Shown here: positions 1 to 10,148 of the stretch, one piece after another | Layout of the letters: each line of letters opens with the position of its first letter | How positions within the stretch are numbered: position 1 is the first letter of the stretch | NCBI GenBank assembly: GCA_030867685.1 | Contig: JAQOWU010000007.1 | Coordinates: forward strand, 1,054,001-1,118,000 | Direction of reading: 5' to 3' | Length of the DNA stretch: 64,000 nucleotides | Origin: Wickerhamiella versatilis | Taxonomy: Eukaryota | Translations under genes and position numbers: made by a program | The notes under the pieces: model-generated | What the model was told of the DNA's origin: nothing | Database searches by the model: none | Seen by the model: the letters and a program-made list of their open reading frames with translations, nothing else

Positions 1-58
1 TTATCTAAGTCTATATGGGCATACCAGTAGGTACATCACGTAATCTCTAGGAGGTGAG

Positions 59-1993
59 ATGTCTAGCAAGAGAAGAGCCTTGGGACAACTCACCAAGGAT
101 GGTATAGGAGGTGATGATAGTGACAGCGATCATAATACGCGTTCCACTGCCTCTGCTGCAATTCTTTCTCAACGAAAGCTAGCAGTACCACGTGGAAAGT
201 CTGGTGCGCAGGCCGGGGCGTTCGCTAATCCGTTCGCAGCTCTAAAGCCTCAGCCTGAGGGCGCCAACCCAGTTTCAAATCCATTCGCTAGTTTTTCTAA
301 ACAAACACCTCAGAACAATACAACCTTGAGGTTACGGGCTCTCAATGAGAAATTTGCAGACACAATAGCTAATTTGATCCGGGACTCTCCGAATACCAGT
401 TGGGTACAGACATGTGAGAGCTATATCCGCTATCATGGTAACATTATGAAGGAGCAAACGCCTGAACCAAATAAGATTCCAACGCAATCTTCTGAGCCGG
501 TAGCGAAAAAGGAGCCTGTGCCGGCGAAGTCAGAGGGTGATTCTAGTGTGGTAATGAAGGACGACAATAGTTCTAGCAGCTCTGATTCTGAAGAGGAAGA
601 AGATGAACGCCAGGGCCTGAAGGCAACTGCGGACAATCCTTTCAAGAATGGGTTCAAATTTGGTGGATCTAGTTCCAGCAGCGATAAGTTCGCTTTTGGT
701 GGAAAGGTCGTCGATGTTTCATCAAATCACAGTAAGAGTAAATCAAGCGGAGGATTTGTGTTCGAGGGTGGAAAGGGAAAGATTAATTTTGCCGACACAG
801 GGAATGATCCGGCCTTCTCAGCTAATAGTGGTTCCACAAAGTCAGATGACGATAAAAAAGAAAGCGGTGCCGGTAATAAGACGGTTGGCTCTAAACCACT
901 GGGTGATTCTGCAGCAGAAAGCCGCCCATTATTTACCTTTGGCAAAAAAGAGGACAATTCGCAAGATAAAGAAGAGGGAGAGAGTTCTGAGGGGAATAAT
1001 CAGAAACCCATGTTCAGCTTTGGCAGTGCATCCGGGAAAGAACCTCAGGATAAGCCCACATTCAGTTTTGAAAAACCTGAACAACCGTCTAAATCAGAGA
1101 ATGCGCCGGCATTTAGTTTCGGTAAACCTGATCCAAAAAAATCCTCTGAATCCCAGGTAAAGCCTGTATTTAGCTTTGGGTCAGGCGAAAATAAGCCATC
1201 ATTAGAGAAGCCAACATTCAGCTTTGGATCTAATACTGAAAAGGACAAGCCTGCATTCAGTTTCGGGGCTAGTACTGAAAAGGACAAGCCTGCGTTCAGT
1301 TTCGGGGCTAACACTGAAAAGGACAAGCCTGCGTTTAGTTTCGGGTCTAACACCGAAAAGGACAAGCCTGCGTTCAGTTTTGAATCTAGTACTGAGAAGG
1401 ACAAGCCGGCATTCAGTTTCTCTTCGAATTCTGGAACAGACAAGCCGGCATTTAGTTTTGGTTCTGGGTCATTCAAATTTGGCCAGCCTGGTGGAAATTC
1501 TTCATTCACTTTCGGTAAAACACCAAATCCTTTTGGTCAGTCAAGTGAGACAAGCTGGAAACCGGGTCAAAAAGTTGAGATCCAGCAGCCCGAGGAGGAA
1601 CAGCCTGCCGAACCCGAGGGAGGAGAGGAGGATCAATCAAATCTAGATGGTCCAGGCCCTGGCGAGGAAGATGAGGATGCTATCTTCGAGCACAGATCGA
1701 AGGCTTATGTGTCCGAGGACAAACAGTACAAATCATTGGGTGTAGGCCAGCTGCGGATTCTTAAAAACCGCAAAACTGGATTTGCACGCGCTTTATTGAG
1801 ATCCGAGGGCGGTGGCAGGCCACTTTTGAATATTCCCCTCAAAGAAGGACTCGAATATCCTGTGACTGGCAAGACGAATGTCCAAATTATGGATCCTGTT
1901 GCAGAGAATGGACCCAAGGCATACTTGGTTCGTGTTAAAACAGAAGATGATGCAAAACTCTTAAAAGAGAAAATCGATGAAGTGAAGAACTAA
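59..1993 (+). CDS. NUP2: Nucleoporin Nup2/Nup50 (FxFG repeats, C-terminal Ran-binding domain)
   Basis: N-terminal 'SKRRALGQLTKD...TASAAILSQRKLAVPR' NUP50-type motif, many FSFG repeats, C-terminal RanBD 'GPGEEDED..FEHRSK..LGVGQLRILK..ARALLRSEGGGR.LLN'. Confidence 0.9.
   Translation: MSSKRRALGQLTKDGIGGDDSDSDHNTRSTASAAILSQRKLAVPRGKSGAQAGAFANPFAALKPQPEGANPVSNPFASFSKQTPQNNTTLRLRALNEKFADTIANLIRDSPNTSWVQTCESYIRYHGNIMKEQTPEPNKIPTQSSEPVAKKEPVPAKSEGDSSVVMKDDNSSSSSDSEEEEDERQGLKATADNPFKNGFKFGGSSSSSDKFAFGGKVVDVSSNHSKSKSSGGFVFEGGKGKINFADTGNDPAFSANSGSTKSDDDKKESGAGNKTVGSKPLGDSAAESRPLFTFGKKEDNSQDKEEGESSEGNNQKPMFSFGSASGKEPQDKPTFSFEKPEQPSKSENAPAFSFGKPDPKKSSESQVKPVFSFGSGENKPSLEKPTFSFGSNTEKDKPAFSFGASTEKDKPAFSFGANTEKDKPAFSFGSNTEKDKPAFSFESSTEKDKPAFSFSSNSGTDKPAFSFGSGSFKFGQPGGNSSFTFGKTPNPFGQSSETSWKPGQKVEIQQPEEEQPAEPEGGEEDQSNLDGPGPGEEDEDAIFEHRSKAYVSEDKQYKSLGVGQLRILKNRKTGFARALLRSEGGGRPLLNIPLKEGLEYPVTGKTNVQIMDPVAENGPKAYLVRVKTEDDAKLLKEKIDEVKN
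1210..1465 (+). repeat. 39-nt tandem coding repeat (xTEKDKPAFSFG, about 6 copies) in NUP2
   Basis: Repeated 'actgaaaaggacaagcctgc.ttcagttt' at 39-nt spacing. Confidence 0.9.
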
Positions 1994-2188
1994 TTCACAA
2001 CTTATGTAGCTTAAGCAAGATACTATGATATTTTTTTTGGAATTCTTATGACTACTTTGGCATTATATTGTTCATCAGATATTCAATTTTCTCTCTGTGT
2101 TATAGAAGGGAATCAATCAATAAATCAATCACTATTCTTCATCATGCTGCGTTGCTATTTTTTGATATGCATACCGAGCTCTTTGAGA

Positions 2189-2210
2189 TGACTAAATGAG
2201 AGGTGACTCA
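2189..2210 (+). promoter_or_regulatory. Putative Gcn4 sites (TGACTAA 2189-2195, TGACTCA 2204-2210) upstream of ILV2
   Basis: Consensus TGACTCA about 90 nt upstream of an amino-acid biosynthetic gene that is a known Gcn4 target in yeasts. Confidence 0.6.
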
Positions 2211-2296
2211 ATTCTAGGCGGGGGAAAAAACGTACGCACGTCCGATTACACATCCGAATTTTTCAGTTTCTTACGGATCGAAGCAAGTTGTGGCAA

Positions 2297-4366
2297 ATGC
2301 TTAGAACAACTCTTCGTGCACATCTAGTGCGTAAAGCTTGTTGTAGCTCGACTATTGCTCGAGCATCGCTGGCCTGCACATGCATGGTGCGCCAATTTGG
2401 GTCTAATACACATAAGAGGCAGCAGACAACTGTCGAGCAACCAGCAATACACCAAAATAATGTGAAGCGCCCAAATCCTCCACCAAGTTTCAACCAGGAG
2501 GTTAGAGATGATTCTCCATACGAAGGGGAACCCATGGATGATAGCATGATAGGTATGACTGGTGGCCAAATTTTCCACGAAATGATGCTAAGGCACAACG
2601 TTGATACCATTTTCGGCTACTCAGGAGGTGCAATCCTCCCTGTCTTTGATGGTATATTCAATTCAAAAAACTTTAGGTTTGTGTTGCCCCGCCATGAGCA
2701 GGGAGCAGGCCATATGGCTGAGGGGTATGCACGATCAACCGGAAAGCCCGGTGTCGTCATTGTTACAAGTGGTCCAGGTGCTACAAATGTGGTCACACCG
2801 ATGCAAGATGCACTTAGTGATGGTGTTCCGATGATTGTATTCACAGGTCAAGTTGCCACGGGCGCAATCGGTACTGACGCATTCCAGGAGGCTGACGTGG
2901 TAGGTATCACACGCAGTTGCACTAAGTGGAATGTTATGGTACGCAGCATAGCTGAGCTTCCTCGCCGCTTGTCGGAGGCATTCGAGATTGCCACTTCCGG
3001 TCGCCCAGGCCCTGTACTAGTTGATCTACCGAAGGATGTTACTGCAGGTGTTTTGAGACGTGCAATTCCTACGGAAGCCACGATTCCTTCGCGCCTGCTG
3101 GAGAACTTGAGTCAAAGCGCCTTGGCAGGATCCTTTGTCAATGACACTATAGAGCGGGCCGCTGATCTACTTAACAAAGCTAAAAGACCCGTTCTTTGCG
3201 TTGGTCATGGTGCGAATAGCCCTGAATTGGCTAAGATGGTACGTGAGCTTGCTCAAAAGGCGAAAGTACCTGTGACCACGACTTTGCACGGTCTAGGTAC
3301 CTTTGACGAGCATGACCCATTGAGTTTACGCATGCTGGGTATGCATGGTTCTTACTATGCCAACCTCGCTATGCAGGAAGCAGATGTAATTGTCACCCTC
3401 GGTGCCCGCTTTGATGACCGTGTGACAGGCCGAATTTCGGACTTTGCCCCTGCCGCTCGTCTCGCCGCACTTGAAGGTACTGGTGGTATTATCCATTTCG
3501 AGGTGCAACCTAAGAATATTAACAAGGTTATCGAGGCCACGGAGGCAATTGAGGGCAATCTGAATGATACTCTTCCTAAATTCCTTGACTCTGTAAAGCC
3601 GGTCGCAGAGCGAACCGAATGGCTCTCGACCGTTGAAGGATGGAAGGAAAAATATCCTTTCAGATATGAATCCGATGACCCCAATGAACCAATCCGTCCA
3701 CAAACAGTTATCACAACCCTTTCTGAAGTTGTGGAACCTATCAAGGAGCGCGTGATCATTTCCACGGGTGTCGGGCAGCATCAGATGTGGGCAGCCCAGT
3801 TTTTCAAGTTCAAGGCGCCCAGGTCCATGATAACTAGTGGCGGTCTTGGTACCATGGGTTTTGGTCTTCCCGCAGCGATTGGTGCAAAGGTTGGCCGTCC
3901 AGAATGCGAAGTAATTGACATTGACGGTGATGCGTCGTTCAATATGACACTCACCGAATTGGGAACTGCCGCAATGTACAATATTCCAATTAAAGTAATT
4001 ATCTTCAATAATGAAGAACAGGGAATGGTGACTCAGTGGCAGTCGATGTTCTATGAAGACCGCTTTTCCCACACACATCAAAAGAACCCGGACTTCCTCA
4101 AGCTTGCAGAAGCAATGGGCATTGAGGGAATTCGTATTGAGTCTCTCGCCGAGCTGAAGCCGGGTCTGGAGAAAATGATGGCTTGTAAGGGCCCTGTGCT
4201 GGTCGATGTCAAGGTAGACAAGAAGGTTCCGGTCCTACCACTGGTCCCTGCTGGCAAGAGCCTGAACGAGTGCATTGTCTACGATGAGAACGTTGAGTTG
4301 GAGCGAAAGCAGCTAAGAGCTGAGCGTCTTGCTCGCCTGGCGGAAGAAGAACGAGATGAGTTCTAA
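2297..4366 (+). CDS. ILV2: Acetolactate synthase catalytic subunit, mitochondrial
   Basis: 'LPRHEQGAGHMAEGYAR', 'TSGPGATN', 'TGVGQHQMW', TPP motif 'IDGDASFNMT'; Arg-rich presequence; first in-frame ATG at 2297. Confidence 0.97.
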   Translation: MLRTTLRAHLVRKACCSSTIARASLACTCMVRQFGSNTHKRQQTTVEQPAIHQNNVKRPNPPPSFNQEVRDDSPYEGEPMDDSMIGMTGGQIFHEMMLRHNVDTIFGYSGGAILPVFDGIFNSKNFRFVLPRHEQGAGHMAEGYARSTGKPGVVIVTSGPGATNVVTPMQDALSDGVPMIVFTGQVATGAIGTDAFQEADVVGITRSCTKWNVMVRSIAELPRRLSEAFEIATSGRPGPVLVDLPKDVTAGVLRRAIPTEATIPSRLLENLSQSALAGSFVNDTIERAADLLNKAKRPVLCVGHGANSPELAKMVRELAQKAKVPVTTTLHGLGTFDEHDPLSLRMLGMHGSYYANLAMQEADVIVTLGARFDDRVTGRISDFAPAARLAALEGTGGIIHFEVQPKNINKVIEATEAIEGNLNDTLPKFLDSVKPVAERTEWLSTVEGWKEKYPFRYESDDPNEPIRPQTVITTLSEVVEPIKERVIISTGVGQHQMWAAQFFKFKAPRSMITSGGLGTMGFGLPAAIGAKVGRPECEVIDIDGDASFNMTLTELGTAAMYNIPIKVIIFNNEEQGMVTQWQSMFYEDRFSHTHQKNPDFLKLAEAMGIEGIRIESLAELKPGLEKMMACKGPVLVDVKVDKKVPVLPLVPAGKSLNECIVYDENVELERKQLRAERLARLAEEERDEF

Positions 4367-4594
4367 GGAGATTCATTCTGTAGCCTTATATATTGATAAA
4401 CTGTTCAAGTTAAAAAATATCTACTATCCTGTATGTTCTGGTATGCCTATCTTTAGGATCACCTTTTTTTTTCTTTTCTTTTCTAGCTGGCTGTACTCTC
4501 TGAGTTGGGCATACGCGTTTGCACCTAGTATTTAAGAGATACTTTTGCTACATATTTTTAACAGGGCTAATGTAGAAAGATTGAGATGGGGAAT

Positions 4595-4927
4595 TTAGTG
4601 AGCTTCCTCGGCTGGGTCCTCGATAGGGAACCAGTCATCGCCGACAGGGGCCTCGGGAGCAGAGGAAGCTGCAGGCTTCGCATCGACCTCAACAGGCTCA
4701 GCGGCATACGCATCGACCTCCGACACATCGCCCTCGACCGATGGTGGCTTGGCGGCACTTGGGGCGGACCATGAAATCACGCTGCCCTCAGCATCCTTTT
4801 CCGTCAAAGGCTTCGGCTTGAAAGCCTTGATCTCATTCAGATACAAGTTTTGCACAAGATTCATACGGCAAGCAGATGTCTGCAGGCCCCTTGAGGACAC
4901 CCGCCGGGCAAGAATGCGGGCAATCAT
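4595..4927 (-). CDS. ATP14: ATP synthase subunit h, mitochondrial
   Basis: Presequence followed by 'NLVQNLYLNEIKAFKPKP..DAEGSV..W..P..AKPP' and acidic 'DDWF' tail. Confidence 0.88.
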   Translation of the reverse strand: MIARILARRVSSRGLQTSACRMNLVQNLYLNEIKAFKPKPLTEKDAEGSVISWSAPSAAKPPSVEGDVSEVDAYAAEPVEVDAKPAASSAPEAPVGDDWFPIEDPAEEAH

Positions 4928-5332
4928 TGAGATGGTGAGTTATGCTGATGTGATTGGCGCTTACTTGTGGGGATGAGTAAGCCTATGCTCTTAGTCCTTT
5001 TCATTAGGAGATCCTAAATGAGTTTAGACAGAGTAACAGCAACCGATGGGCATTTTGTGATGAGCATATATAACATTTCTAAATGTAATCATGGTAGGTG
5101 CTAACGTATGGATTCATTGGGTGAAAAGTACAGCAACCACCGTAGAACAGTTACAGGTGGCACTTAGTTATATAGTTTTACAAAAGAATATCACTTGTTT
5201 CATTTGCACGTACTTAGGCCTAAAAGATATTATATAGAGTATGCCCAACGCCACCAGGACTTCTAGAAATCTCGTGATTATTAATCATTTTTGAAGTATT
5301 AACATCCGACTTCACCCGAGTTGATCTAATTT

Positions 5333-6679
5333 ATGGTGCTTGTCTTGAGACCATTATCGCGGCTTAGTGGTATCAGACCTGTGCGTCTATTCCATTCTTC
5401 TGCTGCAAGCCTGATACATGATCCATATAAAGCCCTGGGTGTCGATCATTCGGCCTCAGCTTCGGATATTAAGAAAAAGTACTATCAGTTAGCGAAGAAA
5501 TACCACCCAGATGTTAACAAGGAGCCAGATGCTCAAAAGAAATTCCAGGATGTTCAAGAAAGCTATGATATCCTGAGTGATGCTTCAAAAAGACGTCAGT
5601 ACGACCAATTTGGCGCTGCGGCTTTCGAGCAGGGGTCAGGTCCTAGCGGCGGTGGTGGATTCCAAGGCAATCCTTTCGCAGGTTTCGGTGGCTTTGGTGG
5701 CTTTGGTGGTTTCAGTGCTGGTGGGCCCGGTGGCTTTAACTTTGACGATCTCTTCGGGGCTTTCACTGGTGGTGCACAATCTCGGGCGTCCAGAGGACCA
5801 CAGGTCATGCGAGGTGATGATATCGAAACTGTGGTTAATGTAACTCTGGAAGAAGCTGGTCGTGGAGTTGAAAAGACCGTGAAATATTCAGCACTGGATC
5901 AGTGTGGTACGTGTGACGGAAGTGGCCTCAAGTCAGGTAAACACACGGAAACCTGTGGGGCGTGCCATGGTTCAGGTACCACTGTCCACTTAATGCAAGG
6001 CGGTTTCCAGATGGCCTCTACTTGTCCCGCATGCGGCGGTGCAGGTACAGTTATCCCTAGATCGTCAAGGTGTGGCAGCTGTCATGGTGAGGGTATTGTT
6101 CAAACGGCGAAAAACTACACTTTAGATATCCCTATTGGTGCTGCAGAAGGAATGCGTATGCGTGTCACCGGTGAAGGTGATGCCCCGGAAACTCGCAGGT
6201 CGGAAGGAGTTCACACCCAAAAGGGTAACCTCTACGTGAGAATAAATGTGTTGAGCCACCCCCTCTTCCAGAGAGTGAAGAACGATTTAATCTACACATC
6301 TAAGATCCCAATGACTACTGCGGCACTGGGCGGAAAAGTAGAAATTCCCACTTTGTCGGGAAATAAACTTCAAGTCTCTGTGCCCGCAGCTACACAGTCT
6401 GGTAGCATTATCACAATTCCTAACCAGGGTATGCCAAGCCTGGGTGGAAGTGTCACTGGAGATATGCGTGTGAAGCTCGAAGTAGAAACATTGAGGCCGT
6501 CGGATGCCACTCAAACAATTTTACTTGAAGCACTTGCAGATTCTCTAGGTGACAAACAAGCACGTAGGCAATACCCCCCTTTGCATGAAGTTAAAGATAT
6601 TGATGAAGTAAAGGAGGGTGAGAAGCATGAGGGCTTGTTGAAGCAGCTGTTTAACAAAATCATGAAACACAAAAAATAG
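5333..6679 (+). CDS. MDJ1: Mitochondrial type I DnaJ co-chaperone
   Basis: Presequence, J-domain with HPD, G/F-rich linker, four CxxCxGxG zinc-finger repeats, DnaJ C-terminal domain. Confidence 0.93.
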   Translation: MVLVLRPLSRLSGIRPVRLFHSSAASLIHDPYKALGVDHSASASDIKKKYYQLAKKYHPDVNKEPDAQKKFQDVQESYDILSDASKRRQYDQFGAAAFEQGSGPSGGGGFQGNPFAGFGGFGGFGGFSAGGPGGFNFDDLFGAFTGGAQSRASRGPQVMRGDDIETVVNVTLEEAGRGVEKTVKYSALDQCGTCDGSGLKSGKHTETCGACHGSGTTVHLMQGGFQMASTCPACGGAGTVIPRSSRCGSCHGEGIVQTAKNYTLDIPIGAAEGMRMRVTGEGDAPETRRSEGVHTQKGNLYVRINVLSHPLFQRVKNDLIYTSKIPMTTAALGGKVEIPTLSGNKLQVSVPAATQSGSIITIPNQGMPSLGGSVTGDMRVKLEVETLRPSDATQTILLEALADSLGDKQARRQYPPLHEVKDIDEVKEGEKHEGLLKQLFNKIMKHKK

Positions 6680-6704
6680 TGAAAATACTGTACATAGAGG
6701 GTTC

Positions 6705-7244
6705 TTACCTGGTAAATATATCATAGAGCAGGCATTCTATCTTGTTGATCCAGCCAGGGTGAATTCCTGGCCTAATCCAGGCACTCTGAGATCCTATGAG
6801 GTTGGCCAAGAGCACATCCGTAAGGAGTCTGTCGCCAACTATCAATACATTCTTTGGGTCTATTCCTTGGCGAATAAGTTTTTCACGAATTTCGAGGTGA
6901 CAAACTGGTTTTTTACTTCTGTGTCTTATGACTGGTACATGAAGCGAATTTTCAAGCTCTAAGGCCAATTTTCCCTGTGGATCGGCGGCGCTGTCACCAG
7001 ACGTGTTGCTCAACACGGCAGCATTATGGTTTGCTACTAGCAAATCCCAGTATTTTTTTAAGGATGGCCAGACCACCACCTCGTGTGGTTTTGCAAAAGT
7101 GTTATCCTTATCCAAAATCACAAGCTTTGCGGAAGGTGGTATCACCAGTTCGGAAAGACTAGGCACAATGTAAGTAGGTCGTAACGATGATGGATTCCAC
7201 AATGCCCATAGTGAACATGCCACCTGACCTAAAAGGCCTCGCAT
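6705..7244 (-). CDS. GEP4: Mitochondrial phosphatidylglycerophosphatase (HAD family)
   Basis: HAD motifs 'VILDKDNT', 'LSNTSG', 'KKP', 'IVGDRLLTDVLLAN'. Confidence 0.88.
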   Translation of the reverse strand: MRGLLGQVACSLWALWNPSSLRPTYIVPSLSELVIPPSAKLVILDKDNTFAKPHEVVVWPSLKKYWDLLVANHNAAVLSNTSGDSAADPQGKLALELENSLHVPVIRHRSKKPVCHLEIREKLIRQGIDPKNVLIVGDRLLTDVLLANLIGSQSAWIRPGIHPGWINKIECLLYDIFTR

Positions 7245-7265
7245 CTATTTGTAAGAGAAATCAGG

Positions 7266-7272
7266 AAAAAAA
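7266..7272 (-). terminator. RNA polymerase III oligo-T terminator of tRNA-Val
   Basis: T7 run on the minus strand 2 nt after the tRNA 3' end. Confidence 0.8.
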
Positions 7273-7274
7273 TA

Positions 7275-7348
7275 TGATTTAACCCAGGCTCGAACTGGGG
7301 ACCTCCCGCGTGTGAAGCGGACGTGATAACCAACTACACCATTAAACC
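7275..7348 (-). tRNA. tRNA-Val (anticodon CAC)
   Basis: Minus strand reads GGTTTAATGGTGTAGTTGGTTATCACGTCCGCTTCACACGCGGGAGGTCCCCAGTTCGAGCCTGGGTTAAATCA: acceptor stem, D arm, TT-CAC-AC anticodon loop, GTTCGA T loop. Confidence 0.95.
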
Positions 7349-7418
7349 GCTCGGTTAGGACATATTTGACATTAAGCATCCTTATACAGTCTAGTGTATT
7401 CAAGCTACCATCCAAGAT

Positions 7419-7764
7419 CTTATCAATTCGGAAACAAACATCTTGGTTTTGAAGCAAATAGACAGGTGGTGAGCGATATTAATGGCTCGAAAATGAGCTA
7501 CCACAGAGAGTATTTGTGTGCAATCTGCTGATCATGTGATCCTCAACAGTTTAAAATAGATAAGTTTGCATTGTCCATCAGGTGGCTCCAGCGGGTTGAT
7601 TTGGGGTTAATAGCAAATAAATATCTGTAGCAGTACACTCTCGGTAATTTCGTTCATAGCTAGTAGAGAAGACGACATTCGGTCCACTCCGGCGACCTAT
7701 CTATCCTCCTCTCCCTCACAGATCCTGATCCCTAAAGAAACGTACTTTCTAGTCTGTATATAAA
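7419..7764 (+). promoter_or_regulatory. DUR3 promoter: GATAAG elements (7419-7424 reverse, 7559-7564) and TATATAAA (7757-7764)
   Basis: GATA motifs typical of nitrogen-catabolite-repressed genes, plus a TATA box about 145 nt before the ATG. Confidence 0.45.
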
Positions 7765-7908
7765 CCACATAACAACTATATAGGAACCTTAATGGGATAG
7801 TTCGCTTTTACGGATCTTGATTTGTCTTTGTTTCTCATGGTCAGCCCAACAGTGATACGCATCAGACCCTAACCCAATATTTTTTCATCACCTAGATTAA
7901 CGCTGATA

Positions 7909-9879
7909 ATGGCAGCTCCACTAGCTCAAGGGGTTGGTTATGGTGTTGTTGTAGGCGTTGGCCTTTTATTTGCGTTCGGAATGGTTTTTATTACCATGTG
8001 TTTACGCCGTTATCAGCGAGAGCGTATTGATAGCGAGGAATTCGCTACGGCGGGTAGGACTGTAAAGACCGGCCTAATCGCCTCTGCTGTTGTGAGTTCC
8101 TGGACTTGGGCTGCAACTCTTCTCACATCTACGGCACGTACGTATCAGTATGGTTTGAGCGGAGGCCTTTTTTACGCTATCGGGGGCAGTGTGCAAATTG
8201 TTTTGTTTGCAACCCTTGCAATTGAGGTGAAACGCAAAGTTCCCGGAGCACACACTTATTTGGAAATTGTTAGAGCCCGCTATGGCCGTTGGACACATGG
8301 AGTATTCATGTTTTATGCTTTTGCTGCAAACATTTTGGTAACAGCCATGCTTATAACGGGAGGGTCGGCAACAGTTCAAACATTGACTGGAATGCATCCC
8401 ATAGCCTCCATTTTTCTTCTTCCTCTAGGAGTGGTGATATATACCCTTTTTGGCGGTCTGAAAGCAACTTTTCTAACCGACTATGTTCATACCATTATTC
8501 TCTACGTGATTATATTCCTTTTCACGTTTACAGTCTACGCTAATAACGATATTATTGGATCTCCTGGTCGAATGTATGATCTCTTAACGCAACTCGCAGA
8601 TCGCAATCCGGTCAGCGGTAATCAGAATGGCTCCTTTTTGACAATGTGCTCGCAGGGCGGTGCTAAATTCATGGTAATTGATCTAGTGGGAGGCTTTGGT
8701 ACTGTTTTTCTTGACAACGGCTATTGGAATAAAGCGATTGCTGCCAGTCCAAAGTCAACCTTACCTGGATATGTTTACGGAGGACTTTCGTGGTTTGCGG
8801 TACCATGGGTTGCTGCTACGACACTGGGTTTGGGCGCATTGGTGCTGGAGCAAACCCCACAATGGCCTGGATATCCTAAAAAAATGACTGCAGAAGAGGT
8901 TTCTGCTGGAATAGCGCTGCCCAACGCAGCAGTAGCTCTTCTAGGGAAAGGTGGGGGTGGTGCAGCCCTGCTCTTGGTATTTATGGCTATGACCTCCGCT
9001 TTTTCTGCCGAGCTGGTCTCTTCATCATCCATTTGGACGTATGATATTTACCGTTGTTATATAAATCCCAAAGCCTCCAGCCGGCAACTCATTTACATGA
9101 CACATGCAGCTGTAATTGTATTCACTTTGGCAATGTGCGGTTTTTCCATTGGACTGTATTACGCAGGTATATCGCTCGGCTGGCTATTCAATTTCATGGG
9201 CTTAATTTTGGGAGGTGCCGTTATTCCGTTGTGTTTGTGTGTCTTTTGGGATAAATTCGGTGTATGGAGTGCGACCATATCCCCTCCACTTGCGATGGCA
9301 TTGGGAATAATGGGTTGGATGGCAGTCACTTCTGCTGAAAATAATCACGTATTTACAGTTAGCACTACTGGTACAGATAATCCCATGCTTACAGGAAACG
9401 TGATATCTCTTCTAAGTCCGTTGATAATCATTCCAATTTGCCATCTCTTGGAGCGGCCACAAAAGAAATTTGACTTTACTAAAGAGCTCGAGCTTCAAGT
9501 GCACGAAGAGCAAAGTGATGCTTCCAGGCAGCTTCTCAATAGATACGCTGTACTCGCACGCTATGTGACTGTGGCTATTGTGCTAGGTTTCCTTATAATC
9601 TGGCCATGGCCAATGTATGGTTCAAAGTACGTTTTTTCCAAGCCATTCTTTACTGGATGGATCGTGGTTGGTATTATATGGCTCTTTTTCTCCCTATTTA
9701 CCGTGGTTCTAATGCCTTTATGGCAAGGTAGATCACCCATATGCCATACGGTACTTGGATTGTATTGGGATTTGTCTGGCCAGTCTTCACGTGTGCAAGC
9801 ATGGCAAAAGACTCACCCCTCCGAACTTCACCATGTTATCTCACCATTAAGTGAGGATCATCTTACTGTAGAAAAATGA
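7909..9879 (+). CDS. DUR3: Urea/polyamine transporter, sodium:solute symporter family
   Basis: 'PLAQGVGYGVVVGVG', 'SAVVSSWTWAATLL', 'GGLKATFLTDYVHT'; many TM segments. Confidence 0.92.
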   Translation: MAAPLAQGVGYGVVVGVGLLFAFGMVFITMCLRRYQRERIDSEEFATAGRTVKTGLIASAVVSSWTWAATLLTSTARTYQYGLSGGLFYAIGGSVQIVLFATLAIEVKRKVPGAHTYLEIVRARYGRWTHGVFMFYAFAANILVTAMLITGGSATVQTLTGMHPIASIFLLPLGVVIYTLFGGLKATFLTDYVHTIILYVIIFLFTFTVYANNDIIGSPGRMYDLLTQLADRNPVSGNQNGSFLTMCSQGGAKFMVIDLVGGFGTVFLDNGYWNKAIAASPKSTLPGYVYGGLSWFAVPWVAATTLGLGALVLEQTPQWPGYPKKMTAEEVSAGIALPNAAVALLGKGGGGAALLLVFMAMTSAFSAELVSSSSIWTYDIYRCYINPKASSRQLIYMTHAAVIVFTLAMCGFSIGLYYAGISLGWLFNFMGLILGGAVIPLCLCVFWDKFGVWSATISPPLAMALGIMGWMAVTSAENNHVFTVSTTGTDNPMLTGNVISLLSPLIIIPICHLLERPQKKFDFTKELELQVHEEQSDASRQLLNRYAVLARYVTVAIVLGFLIIWPWPMYGSKYVFSKPFFTGWIVVGIIWLFFSLFTVVLMPLWQGRSPICHTVLGLYWDLSGQSSRVQAWQKTHPSELHHVISPLSEDHLTVEK

Positions 9880-10148
9880 GTTGGATAAAGATTCTACTGT
9901 TTATTTTCAGTGAGATTGTGTAATAGTAATAAGTATCGATACGTATAATTTAATCTGCCAACAAGATTTCAAAAGGTTTTTTTTAGTATAATATTGATAA
10001 ATACTTTGTTTTTTTTGGCCAAAAACTCACAGAACAATTCTAAGCATGATAATGACGACGATATTAATAAAAGATAGACTTTTCCCGGTGAATCCCTGAC
10101 GTAAGCAACCCATCGGGAGGAAATATTCAAACAACTGGGCTGGAAGGA

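Noticed and set aside
3326..4081. 251-aa antisense ORF inside ILV2
   Set aside because: Typical antisense shadow of a codon-biased gene; no recognisable domain
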